A stretch of 64,000 nucleotides of DNA from positions 200,405-264,404 of the forward strand of contig DAOKYO010000001.1 of the NCBI GenBank assembly GCA_035326105.1, in the 5' to 3' direction. The position numbers were made by a program, and so were the translations under genes. Every line of letters begins with the position of its first letter. The stretch's first letter is position 1. This document shows positions 1 to 8,975 of the stretch, piece by piece. The notes beneath the pieces are model-generated. The model ran no database searches and was not told the origin of the DNA. It saw only the letters and a program-made list of their open reading frames with translations. The DNA comes from Bacilli bacterium. Its GTDB lineage: Bacteria > Bacillota_I > Bacilli_A > RFN20 > CAG-826.

Positions 1-164
1 TTACCGATGCCAGAATGGCAAAAGCCAAGGAACTATTGGCGAATCCGGGTAATAAAATGGCAACCATCGCCGATCAGATCGGCTATGAAGATCCCTTCTA
101 TTTTTCCCACTGTTTTAAAAAGCACTTTGGCTTATCGCCAATGGAATATCGTAAATCTTTATGA
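1..164 (+). CDS. 3' end of an AraC-type HTH response regulator (YesN-like), 5'-truncated by the window edge
   Basis: The frame starting at nt 3 translates as TDARMAKAKELLANPGNKMATIADQIGYEDPFYFSHCFKKHFGLSPMEYRKSL*, a typical AraC HTH_18 C-terminus. Its TGA stop overlaps the ATG of the downstream histidine kinase (ATGA). The 7..270 ORF in the track is in a different frame. Confidence 0.7.
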   Translation, partial: TDARMAKAKELLANPGNKMATIADQIGYEDPFYFSHCFKKHFGLSPMEYRKSL

Positions 165-1870
165 GAAAACCAATGCGGGCGAAAACCAAGCTTTTAGTCC
201 CGACTTCGGCGATGTTTTTAAGTTTGACTATTTTGATTGTTTTCTCCGCGTACGTGCTTTTTTCCAATAATGTCAGAAGTAATTCGCTGAAACAGTTGCA
301 CGCCACTTCTCAGCAAGTTCTAAATAACTATGAAACATATTTTGATTCGGTAATTGAAGTCAGCAACGCCCTTTTAGGTGAATATTCTAATGAAAATGAG
401 GACAACATATCTTCGGATATGCAGACTTATTTTGATTCAATTATGTCAATCAAACATGAAATTGAGGATATCTCCATCTACCGAAAAAGCGATGGCATTC
501 TACTGGCTTCGAGTAGTAATTATGTTGATTTATCCACGGACATTAAACTTGAGAATTGGTTTGTCGATGCGAAAGAAAACCCTTTAATTAATATTTTTTC
601 TCCTTCATCCGCATCCTCAACTAACACTTATCATTTTTTACTGTCCAAGGTTTTATTTTTTGAGAAAAATCGTGATTTTGACGGGGTTTTACGCGTTGAT
701 TTTGACTTTACAAAAATTGTTGAGTCCATTTCCTCCACCACATTGGGGGAAGGCGGAAGTTTTATTATTTATGACAAAAATTACAATGTCGTCTATTGTT
801 CCGATTCAACCTATCTCGAAACCGAACTACCTTTAATTAAACATTTGGTCCTCGGTAATAGCGTTGTCAGCGTTGATAAGCATTCGCTTTATCTATATTG
901 CTCTTCCATATCCAACACCTCATGGCGATTGGCCATTTTCATTAACAATGATGCCATTGCCAGTGCAATCTATTCCTTTTCGGTTTACATTATTGTTCTG
1001 ATGGTCTTTGTAATTGCCATTTTCTTTATTTTGATGGTTATTGTGACTAACAATATCACCGATCCGCTGCAGGAATTACAGAAGGAAATGGCGAAAATTG
1101 AATCTTTTAATTATGAAGGATATCTCCATCATAATTTCTCCAGTACTTACGAAATCTCGGAGTTGAATCGTTCCTTCAATCAAATGATGACAAGAATTAA
1201 AAAACTTAATACCTCCTTAATTACCGAAAAAGAAGAGCAAAGAAAGTCGGAATTAAAAGCTCTTCAAAATCAGATTAATCCCCATTTTCTTTATAACACT
1301 CTCGACAGCATTATTGCTCTTATTGAAAAAGGAGACGATGAGACCGCCCAATTGATGATCATCGCGCTTTCACGCTTTTTCCGGATATCAATTTCCAGTG
1401 GCAAGAACGTCATTCCCTTAAACAAAGAAATAGAGCATGTCCGTAACTACCTCTTAATTCAAAAAATGCGCTTTGGCAACTCATTCAAATATAAAATCAA
1501 TGTTGAAGAGGGGCTGGATGAGTATCCCGTAATCAAACTGATTCTTCAGCCAATTGTCGAAAACTCAATTGGCCACGGAATTAAGGAAGGCGAGGAAGGT
1601 TTCATCAATATCAACGTCCATTCCGAGGCGGATATGATCGTTTTTGAAATAAAAGATAATGGATATGGCATGACAAAAGCAAAAGTGGAGGAGTTGTCCA
1701 CTGCGATGCGTGACGCTTCCACATATAAAGGGGTTGGACTCAAAAATGTCTATCAGCGCATTCGCATCTACTATGGTTCTTCTGCCGATGTCATCATAAC
1801 CAGCGAAGAAGATATCGGTACGACGATAAGAATAATTATTCCGAAAGTGAGCATTAAAGATGAGGAATAA
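161..1870 (+). CDS. Sensor histidine kinase, YesM/LytS-like, with two TM helices flanking an extracytoplasmic domain
   Basis: H-box QINPHFLYNTLDSI (His_kinase PF06580 type). HATPase_c motifs (IKDNGYGM, GVGLKNV). A hydrophobic N-terminus and a second TM at about residue 285-310. The start overlaps the response-regulator stop by 4 nt. Confidence 0.85.
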   Translation: MRKPMRAKTKLLVPTSAMFLSLTILIVFSAYVLFSNNVRSNSLKQLHATSQQVLNNYETYFDSVIEVSNALLGEYSNENEDNISSDMQTYFDSIMSIKHEIEDISIYRKSDGILLASSSNYVDLSTDIKLENWFVDAKENPLINIFSPSSASSTNTYHFLLSKVLFFEKNRDFDGVLRVDFDFTKIVESISSTTLGEGGSFIIYDKNYNVVYCSDSTYLETELPLIKHLVLGNSVVSVDKHSLYLYCSSISNTSWRLAIFINNDAIASAIYSFSVYIIVLMVFVIAIFFILMVIVTNNITDPLQELQKEMAKIESFNYEGYLHHNFSSTYEISELNRSFNQMMTRIKKLNTSLITEKEEQRKSELKALQNQINPHFLYNTLDSIIALIEKGDDETAQLMIIALSRFFRISISSGKNVIPLNKEIEHVRNYLLIQKMRFGNSFKYKINVEEGLDEYPVIKLILQPIVENSIGHGIKEGEEGFININVHSEADMIVFEIKDNGYGMTKAKVEELSTAMRDASTYKGVGLKNVYQRIRIYYGSSADVIITSEEDIGTTIRIIIPKVSIKDEE

Positions 1871-2879
1871 ACAAATAACATTGTGGTTGTTGATAAGCAG
1901 TTTTTACCTCAGTGGCTGTAGCCGTCCTTCACGAACAGCGCAACTTTTTTCCTACGATGCGAATGACACCTTCATTTCATCTTTGTTTGCTAATATTGAA
2001 TCAAAATTAAATGGCTATATTGACTATAAGAGTTATGATGGGAAAAGGAAACAGACTATTCAAAACGATGACTTCATCAGTGCTATCGATGATAAATCAA
2101 CCAGTGTGGTAGTGATGAATACGGTCGATCGCTTCGCCTCTAGCGCTATAATCGAAAAAGGAGAGACGAAAAATGTTCCGATTATTTTTGTCAATCGTGA
2201 ACCCTTGATGGGCGATCTTCTGGCAACTGATTGGTCGCAAGAAAACTGCTTTTATGTCGGAGCGAACTCTTCATATGAAGGTATTCTCCAAGGTGATATA
2301 GCCAATGATATTTTTGATGGCCCCACCTCCTATTCCCAGTCCGTCTATGATAAAAATGGTGACGGTATTGTTCAAGTGGCCATCCTGAAAGGGGAGGAAG
2401 GACATCAAGATAGCGAGCAAAGAAGTGAAAATTGTATCGCCGAATTAAGGAATCTCGGTTACCAGGTTGATATTCTTCAGATATCATACTGTAATTGGGA
2501 AAGAGAAACCGCCAAAAAGATGATGGAAAGCATTTATACAAATGACATTGAGCTTCTTTTTGCCAACAACGATGATATGGCTTTAGGCGCGATCGATTAT
2601 CTAAAAACCATCACTGTCGCCAATTCAAGCCTTCCCTTCGAACGAGAATTTTTTCCGATTATCGGTGTCGATGGCACCACCCAAGCTATGGAAGCCATTC
2701 AAGACGGCACTCTTTCCGGCACGGTTTTAAATGATGGTGAAAAACAGGCCGAAGTGATTTTTGATATAATCAAAAACATTCTTGATGGTGTCGCTTTACC
2801 CGATTATGATGCCAACATTGAAATTACGAAAAATGCCTACCATATCCTAGGTGAAAAAATAACAAAAAACACACATTAA
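1860..2879 (+). CDS. Sensor-associated periplasmic sugar-binding lipoprotein (PBP1 / Peripla_BP_4 family)
   Basis: Lipobox LSGCS. NNDDMALGAIDYLK motif typical of galactose/ribose/xylose-binding proteins. It overlaps the kinase stop and has no cognate permease of its own, matching the XylFII-LytS-YesN type of three-component sensor architecture. Confidence 0.7.
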   Translation: MRNKQITLWLLISSFYLSGCSRPSRTAQLFSYDANDTFISSLFANIESKLNGYIDYKSYDGKRKQTIQNDDFISAIDDKSTSVVVMNTVDRFASSAIIEKGETKNVPIIFVNREPLMGDLLATDWSQENCFYVGANSSYEGILQGDIANDIFDGPTSYSQSVYDKNGDGIVQVAILKGEEGHQDSEQRSENCIAELRNLGYQVDILQISYCNWERETAKKMMESIYTNDIELLFANNDDMALGAIDYLKTITVANSSLPFEREFFPIIGVDGTTQAMEAIQDGTLSGTVLNDGEKQAEVIFDIIKNILDGVALPDYDANIEITKNAYHILGEKITKNTH

Positions 2880-3034
2880 GCGCTTACTTTTGAACTTTTT
2901 ATAGAGAATAATGCAAATTTTATGTAAAATCTTACATTTTTTTTGCTGGTCTAATAAGCGAAAATACATTTGGCAAAAAAAAGCATTAGTCATTTCGACA
3001 GAGCTTTAATTAAGCCATGGAATTAGGAGGAAAC

Positions 3035-4072
3035 ATGAAAAAGAAATTAATTCCTGTTGCATTAGGTCTATTAGGCTTTATCACTTCCTGCGCCCATACC
3101 AATGGGCTGACCGCTGATGTCTTCATCTATCAGTTCTCCGACACTTATATCGGTACTGTTAGAACCGCGCTTGAGACCAACCTCAAAGAAAAAGGGGTCA
3201 CACCCAAATTCTATGATGCCGGTGGTATCCAAGCTACTCAGACTCAGCAAATCGAGTCTGCTCTTTCAACCGGTAGCCAGATTCTTCTAGCCAACCTCGT
3301 TGAGCAAACCGCCACTGGGGATGCGGTTGCGGAAAAAGCCAAAGCCAAAGATGTCCCGGTCATCTTCTTCAACCGTGAAGTTCCAGACAGTTCCGTGAAT
3401 CCAGCCACTTATCCGGACAACGCCTTCGTTGGTACTGATCCTGATCAAGCCGGCTACATGCAAGGTGAAATTCTTGCCGGTGCCTTGATTAAAGATGGTG
3501 CACTTAACCCATTATGGGATAAGAATGGTGATGGAAAAATTAACTATGTTATGCTAAGAGCGGATGAGTCCAATGCCGAAGCAAACGGCCGGACAAGATA
3601 CTCCGTTCAAGAAGCCAATCGTCTTCTGGCCGAAGCCGGACTTGATCCTCTTGTTCACTTAGGCGAAGATTACAATGCCGGATGGAGTAAAGACAACGCA
3701 AAACAGGCGATGGATAACTTCATTTCTACTTATGGTCTAACCGGTGCCAATGCGATTGAATGTGTTATCGCAAACAATGATGATATGGCTTTAGGAGCAG
3801 TCGCTTCCTTACAAACCCAGGATTATAATAAGGGTGGGGAGAATGCCTTGCTCGTCGTCGGTGTTGATGCTACCGCCGCTGCTCAAGCCGCTATTGATGC
3901 GGGTGAGATGTACGGCACCGTTAAGCAGGATGCCCAAGCCATGGCTCAATGTATCGCCGAGTTAACCGCCAACAAGTTAGCTGGTAAAGACTTCTTAGAT
4001 GGAACCAGTTATGCTTGGGACAGCGCGACGGTTCATAAGATTCGTATTCCTTACGGTAGTTATACCAAGTAA
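3035..4072 (+). CDS. Sugar ABC transporter substrate-binding lipoprotein (MglB/galactose-glucose-binding type)
   Basis: Lipobox ITSCAH. ANNDDMALGAVASLQ motif. AGGAGG lies 4 nt before the ATG at 3035; the track ORF begins at 3017 but has no RBS there. Confidence 0.8.
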   Translation: MKKKLIPVALGLLGFITSCAHTNGLTADVFIYQFSDTYIGTVRTALETNLKEKGVTPKFYDAGGIQATQTQQIESALSTGSQILLANLVEQTATGDAVAEKAKAKDVPVIFFNREVPDSSVNPATYPDNAFVGTDPDQAGYMQGEILAGALIKDGALNPLWDKNGDGKINYVMLRADESNAEANGRTRYSVQEANRLLAEAGLDPLVHLGEDYNAGWSKDNAKQAMDNFISTYGLTGANAIECVIANNDDMALGAVASLQTQDYNKGGENALLVVGVDATAAAQAAIDAGEMYGTVKQDAQAMAQCIAELTANKLAGKDFLDGTSYAWDSATVHKIRIPYGSYTK

Positions 4073-4087
4073 ATAGTCTTCTTGTTT

Positions 4088-4125
4088 AGGGGTGGTGTGC
4101 TCCTTTCCACCACCCCTAATTTCTA
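4088..4125 (+). terminator. Intrinsic terminator/attenuator between the binding-protein gene and the ATPase gene
   Basis: Perfect 10-bp stem AGGGGTGGTG / CACCACCCCT with a 10-nt loop, followed by AATTTCTATT. A partial terminator after the binding-protein gene is common in sugar ABC operons. Confidence 0.5.
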
Positions 4126-4147
4126 TTATCAAGTTAGGAATTAAGCT

Positions 4148-5674
4148 ATGGCAAAAACAAATGTAGATAACAAAATCAACGAATATCTCCTAGAGATGGA
4201 GAATATCTCAAAATCTTTTCCCGGAGTAAAGGCCTTAGATCACGCTCAACTGAGAGTGCGACCGGGAACGGTACATTCCTTAATGGGCGAAAACGGGGCC
4301 GGAAAATCAACACTGATGAAGTGTCTTTTTGGTTTATATAAGCGCGATGAAGGCGATATTATTTTTCAAGGCCGTTCCGTCGAGTACCACTCGACAAAAG
4401 AAGCACTTGAAGACGGCATCGCTATGGTTCAACAAGAATTGAATCAAGCTCAAAAAATGACGGTAATGGATAATCTTTGGCTTGGCCGCTATCCCGTGAG
4501 TTTTGGTTTCGCCATCGATGAGACAAAAATGTATCGCGATACGCAAAGCGTCTTTCAAAAACTTGATATTCATATTGATCCTAAAGCCATTATTTCCACT
4601 CTCTCGGTGGCAACCAGGCAGATGGTAGAAATTGCAAAAGCGGTGTCTTACGATGCCAAGATTGTGGTTTTCGATGAACCGACATCTTCACTGTCTGATG
4701 CCGAAGTGGAGCAACTATTCAGAATTATCAAGATGCTGAAAAAGAAGGGCTGCGGAATTATCTATATTTCCCATAAAATGGATGAAATTCTTCGTATATC
4801 CGATGAAGTCACAATTATGCGTGACGGCAAATGGGTTGAAACCAAATCGGCAAAGGATTGCACACTTAATTCGATAATCAAAGCGATGGTTGGTCGTGAT
4901 TTAAATAATCGTTTTCCGCCTAAAACCAACAAGCCGGGAAAAGATTATTTAGAAGTCAAAAATCTTTCCTCTTTATACGGGAATAACGCCATTAAAAATG
5001 TCTCCTTTAATATTCGTAAAGGGGAAATCTTCGGTCTTGCCGGACTCGTTGGAGCCGGACGCAGCGAATTGTTGGAAACCATTTTTGGGGTCCGGACAAA
5101 AAGTGAAGGGCAGATTTTCAAAGACGGGATGTTGGTTAAAAATGACACGGCTGAACATGCTATTAAAAATGGATTCGCCCTTCTTACCGAAGAACGGCGG
5201 ACAACCGGCATATTCGGTGTGCTGAGCATTAAGGATAATACCGTTATTGCCTCGCTGAACAACTATAATTCAATGTTGGGCCTTGACGGCAATAAGATGA
5301 GCAAAGATACCAACTGGGCAATTGAAGCGATGAACGTAAAGACACCATCACAAAAAACGCAAATTAAATCTTTATCCGGCGGCAATCAGCAAAAAGTAAT
5401 TATTGGTCGCTGGGTATTGACCGATCCCGATGTGCTATTGCTCGATGAACCGACTCGAGGCATTGATGTCGGCGCAAAATATGAAATCTATCAACTAATT
5501 ATAAATATGGCGAAACAGGGCAAGACCATTATCGTTTGTTCAAGCGAAATGCCGGAACTTCTTGGTATATGTGATCGAATTGCCGTGATGAGCAATCATC
5601 GTTTAGCCGGTATCTTAGATCAAAAAGAGGCCAATCAAGAAAAATTAATGAACTTGGCTCTTAAATACATGTAG
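4148..5674 (+). CDS. Sugar ABC transporter ATP-binding protein with tandem ABC domains (MglA/RbsA type)
   Basis: Walker [10 protein letters not shown]. Two ABC signature regions (second one LSGGNQQKV). 508 aa with a duplicated nucleotide-binding domain architecture. Confidence 0.9.
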   Translation: MAKTNVDNKINEYLLEMENISKSFPGVKALDHAQLRVRPGTVHSLMGENGAGKSTLMKCLFGLYKRDEGDIIFQGRSVEYHSTKEALEDGIAMVQQELNQAQKMTVMDNLWLGRYPVSFGFAIDETKMYRDTQSVFQKLDIHIDPKAIISTLSVATRQMVEIAKAVSYDAKIVVFDEPTSSLSDAEVEQLFRIIKMLKKKGCGIIYISHKMDEILRISDEVTIMRDGKWVETKSAKDCTLNSIIKAMVGRDLNNRFPPKTNKPGKDYLEVKNLSSLYGNNAIKNVSFNIRKGEIFGLAGLVGAGRSELLETIFGVRTKSEGQIFKDGMLVKNDTAEHAIKNGFALLTEERRTTGIFGVLSIKDNTVIASLNNYNSMLGLDGNKMSKDTNWAIEAMNVKTPSQKTQIKSLSGGNQQKVIIGRWVLTDPDVLLLDEPTRGIDVGAKYEIYQLIINMAKQGKTIIVCSSEMPELLGICDRIAVMSNHRLAGILDQKEANQEKLMNLALKYM

Positions 5675-5685
5675 GGAGAAACAGC

Positions 5686-7563
5686 ATGGAAGAGATATTG
5701 AATCAAGAAGTCGCAACCGAAATTGAAATTGAAAATAGTCTTTTTGCCGAACGCAATGCTTTAAAAGCTGAAAAGCGCGAAATAAAAGGCCGCCTTTACG
5801 ATTTGCAATTTGAGGACTTGGATCCGGATGCTTTAAAACTGGCCAAAGATCAAGTGATGAAGGACTACGAAAAAAAAGAAAATGATTATTATGCCCATGT
5901 TGCCGAAGTGAAAGAAGATTTGCTTAATAAAAAGAAAGCCATCACTGAACTAAAATCTTTTTATCGTCAAAAAATTGAAAATATTAGAAAAAATGAGCAT
6001 GCTCTTCCCATAGACGAGGTAAAGAAGGCTCGAATTATCGCTAAAGAACAACTTGCAAGCGCAAAAAATGATTATCTCACTCAATTGACGGCTTACAAAA
6101 ACAGCATTTTTCAAATCAAAACTGAAGCTAAAAGAAAAGATAAAGTTTTACGAGCCCAGTATCAAAAACTAAAAAGCGCAGCGATGAAAAGGAGCGATAA
6201 AGAGGATGCCCTCGATAATTTAAAAGGCCAGATTTATAGCAATACCGGAACTGCCGAATTGGATATTCTCGATTTAAAAAACAAAATCGCCAAACTGAAA
6301 AAGGGCTATTCTCAGCAAGTTAAAGTTATTGAAAATAATCTTCATTTAAAGACCAATCATGTGGGAACTCTTATCAAAAACGCAAAAACAGAAGAAAAAG
6401 AGAAGATTCGGGCCTTGAAAGAACAAGAGAACATTCTCAATGACAACTACTCTCCGGTTGCGCCTTTTCAATACCAAGTCGGCAGAAAATTTGTCCAGTT
6501 CGGAAACAATTTTGTGCGCAATCAAAAAATAGCATTTACAACGAAAGCTGGTCTTTCTAACTGGTTTATTAAAAGCGCCGTTTATTTGATTATTTTATTG
6601 ATGGTCATTATTACCGCCGCCGTCAAACCAGCTTGGTTCTCCTTCGATACTTTGATTACGATTGTGAAGCATACTTCCTCCCTGCTGCCTCTCGCCCTCG
6701 GCGTTGCCGGTACAATTGTCTTGACCGGAACCGATTTGTCGCTCGGCAGAATATGGGGCTTAACAGCTTTGATATCCGGTATTCTGCTCGGGTATGGCAG
6801 TACTAACGGTGTCATTCTCGAATGGACACAAAACATGCCCTGGATTTGGATTATTGTCGTCCTGATTATCGTCATGGGTGTCGGCGGTTTTGCCGGTGGC
6901 ATTAACGGTTTCTTTGTAGCCAAGTTCTCCATTCACCCTTTTATTGTTACCTTGGCGACTCAACTGATTATATATGGCGCCATACTTCTTCTCGGATCAA
7001 GCCTGAATAATCTATCCGTTATTTATAAGATGAATAACGCTACCGCCCAATCCTACTATAACTTTGTGAGTAGCGGTTTTTACCTTGGGGATGTGTTGGT
7101 AGAATGGTATAACATCATGGCCATCGTTTTGCTTGCCGCCATGTGGTTTATCTGGAATAAGACAAAATTCGGTAAGGCCATGTTTGCGGTTGGCTGCAAT
7201 CCCGAAGCGGCCAATGTCAGCGGTATCAACGTTTCGCGTACAATTCTTTTAACCTTCGTTCTCGCCGGCGCCTGCTATGGTGTCGGTGGTTTCCAATACA
7301 ACCCAATTAATGGTGGAGCTCAACTTTCGACCGGGACCGGCGGTGAGCTCGACCCGATTACCGCCGCTGTTATCGGAGGCGTATCCTTTACCGGTGGTAT
7401 CGGTAAAGTGTCCGGTGTTTTACTTGGTTCATTACTATTGAAAGTAATTGATAGTTGCTTACTTGCACTCGGCGTCTCTACCGCCTATATTAATATTGTT
7501 AAGGGCAGCATAATTTTGGTTGCCGTTGCCCTCGATATGAAAAAATACATCGTTAAAAAATAA
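5686..7563 (+). CDS. Sugar ABC permease (MglC/RbsC BPD_transp_2 family) fused to a ~290-aa N-terminal coiled-coil domain
   Basis: The C-terminal ~330 aa are a polytopic permease of the ribose/galactose type. The N-terminal 290 aa are K/E-rich and heptad-like, with no TM. A GGGAGA RBS precedes the ATG. Confidence 0.85.
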   Translation: MEEILNQEVATEIEIENSLFAERNALKAEKREIKGRLYDLQFEDLDPDALKLAKDQVMKDYEKKENDYYAHVAEVKEDLLNKKKAITELKSFYRQKIENIRKNEHALPIDEVKKARIIAKEQLASAKNDYLTQLTAYKNSIFQIKTEAKRKDKVLRAQYQKLKSAAMKRSDKEDALDNLKGQIYSNTGTAELDILDLKNKIAKLKKGYSQQVKVIENNLHLKTNHVGTLIKNAKTEEKEKIRALKEQENILNDNYSPVAPFQYQVGRKFVQFGNNFVRNQKIAFTTKAGLSNWFIKSAVYLIILLMVIITAAVKPAWFSFDTLITIVKHTSSLLPLALGVAGTIVLTGTDLSLGRIWGLTALISGILLGYGSTNGVILEWTQNMPWIWIIVVLIIVMGVGGFAGGINGFFVAKFSIHPFIVTLATQLIIYGAILLLGSSLNNLSVIYKMNNATAQSYYNFVSSGFYLGDVLVEWYNIMAIVLLAAMWFIWNKTKFGKAMFAVGCNPEAANVSGINVSRTILLTFVLAGACYGVGGFQYNPINGGAQLSTGTGGELDPITAAVIGGVSFTGGIGKVSGVLLGSLLLKVIDSCLLALGVSTAYINIVKGSIILVAVALDMKKYIVKK

Positions 7564-7778
7564 TGAATGAAGATGAAAAGATCCCTAATAATAAAAAAAA
7601 TATAGAACCAGCTCCAGAAAAGAGCTGGCTCTTCTTATCAAAAAATGCCGCCGGCAAAACAAAAAATATCTATATTTATCTGGTGGTTTTTATTGCCGTT
7701 GCCATTATTTTTGCCATCGTCATTTTAGGAGCACTTGGCTATTTGCCAGATATCGGTTCTTCATCAACATCGGTTTAA
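7563..7778 (+). CDS. Hypothetical small membrane protein (71 aa, one TM)
   Basis: The ORF overlaps the permease stop (TAATG). There is a single hydrophobic helix, YIYLVVFIAVAIIFAIVILGALG. No recognisable family. Confidence 0.35.
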   Translation: MNEDEKIPNNKKNIEPAPEKSWLFLSKNAAGKTKNIYIYLVVFIAVAIIFAIVILGALGYLPDIGSSSTSV

Positions 7779-7790
7779 AAGGAAAGCAAA

Positions 7791-8114
7791 ATGAATTATT
7801 ACTGGGCAATTATCATCATTGTTATTGAAAGTATGGCTACTTTATTTTTAGCTTCCCGTTATGCCGTAGATTTAAAGCACTCTTACGATCCCGATTATAA
7901 TCCGCCCTATCGCGTTAATCTGCCGGAGGTGTTATTTATCGGAGCCCTTTTTGGCAGTCTTGGACTGATACTGTCCTATATTTTCCTAAAACCAATCCGC
8001 AAAGAAGACTCACTAAATTCTCATCTCTTTTTGGGATTGAGTATCCTTTTCTTGGCACTGCATATTGGTATTTTGTACCTTTTGATCCGCAATAATGTTA
8101 TCGTCGGCATCTAA
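7791..8114 (+). CDS. Hypothetical small membrane protein (107 aa, ~3 TM)
   Basis: The ORF has a GGAAAG RBS-like sequence upstream. Its 3' end overlaps the convergent recombinase gene by ~100 nt, so one of the two may be shorter or spurious. Confidence 0.3.
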   Translation: MNYYWAIIIIVIESMATLFLASRYAVDLKHSYDPDYNPPYRVNLPEVLFIGALFGSLGLILSYIFLKPIRKEDSLNSHLFLGLSILFLALHIGILYLLIRNNVIVGI

Positions 8115-8693
8115 TGCAACATACTTCATAAACGTTCCCCGGGATATGTTGAGAATTTGAGCGGCTTCAGTGCACGTGATTGCCCTGTCGATATAGGCTG
8201 CGCGAATTTTTTGAAAACTGGCGGGTAATTTGATTCGCGGTCGTCCCATATGGACGCCTCTTTCTTTAGCTAGTTTAATTCCTTCAGCCTGTCGCTGTTT
8301 AATGTTTTTCCGTTCGGTTTCCGCGACAAAAGACAGAATTTGCAACACGATATCACTGATAAATTTACCCACCAAATTATTTGAATCATTCCTCGTGTCC
8401 AATAAAGGCATATCAATGACCAAAATATCCGCTTCAATCACTTTTGTTATATAATGCCATTCATCGATTATCATCGAGTAATCACGTCCTAAACGATCAA
8501 TTGATTTTATGATTACTAAGTCTTTCGAAACTAATTTCTTTTTCAATATCTGATATTGAATTCGTTCAAAATCCTTACCGCTTTGCTTGTCGATATATAT
8601 TTGATTGTCAGTAAGCCCCAGTTTATACATTTCATCCATCTGCCGGTCAATATTTTGGGTGATTGTCGATACTCGAACATAGCCATAAGTCAT
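8013..8693 (-). CDS. Small serine recombinase (resolvase/DNA-invertase family)
   Basis: N-terminus MTYGYVRVSTITQNIDRQ carries the catalytic Ser and the resolvase signature. There is a C-terminal HTH region. GGAGG lies 8 nt before the internal ATG at 8693; the track's extra 5 codons MEALP are the RBS itself. Confidence 0.8.
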   Translation of the reverse strand: MTYGYVRVSTITQNIDRQMDEMYKLGLTDNQIYIDKQSGKDFERIQYQILKKKLVSKDLVIIKSIDRLGRDYSMIIDEWHYITKVIEADILVIDMPLLDTRNDSNNLVGKFISDIVLQILSFVAETERKNIKQRQAEGIKLAKERGVHMGRPRIKLPASFQKIRAAYIDRAITCTEAAQILNISRGTFMKYVALDADDNIIADQKVQNTNMQCQEKDTQSQKEMRI

Positions 8694-8802
8694 AGGTAGT
8701 GCCTCCAATAAAAATTAAGCCTATTATATACCCTTAAATTATTAAAAAAGCGGCCTAAAACCGCTTATTATCTTATATTTTACGTAAAAATGGTACACCT
8801 TT

Positions 8803-8829
8803 TTGACACTTAAAATTTTATCATATAAT
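8803..8829 (+). promoter_or_regulatory. Candidate sigma-A promoter for the EAL gene
   Basis: TTGACA, a 15-nt spacer, then TATAAT (8803-8829). A 12-bp perfect palindrome TTTTACGTAAAA (8778-8789) sits just upstream. A 15-bp perfect palindrome TAGGTTA-A-TAACCTA (8939-8953) lies in the 5'UTR. Confidence 0.35.
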
Positions 8830-8975
8830 TCAATAAAATCATCAATTTTCATCGGTAATTAGCGAAGGTTAACTGAAATTTAGTGAATTTAGCAAAAAAT
8901 GCATAAATTTATCTCTTTTTTCATAATGTAAATAAGGTGTAGGTTAATAACCTATCTAAAAGGGAGTCTGTTACC

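Noticed and set aside
7-270. Track ORF of 87 aa at the 5' edge
   Set aside because: It is in the wrong frame. The adjacent frame gives a clean AraC HTH C-terminus ending in an ATGA overlap with the histidine kinase gene, and the 87-aa translation has no recognisable features.
2918-2933. ATGTAAAATCTTACAT dyad downstream of the sensor binding-protein gene, as a possible cre site
   Set aside because: The central CG of the cre consensus is AT here. The 6-bp AT-rich stem followed by T8 is more simply a weak terminator.
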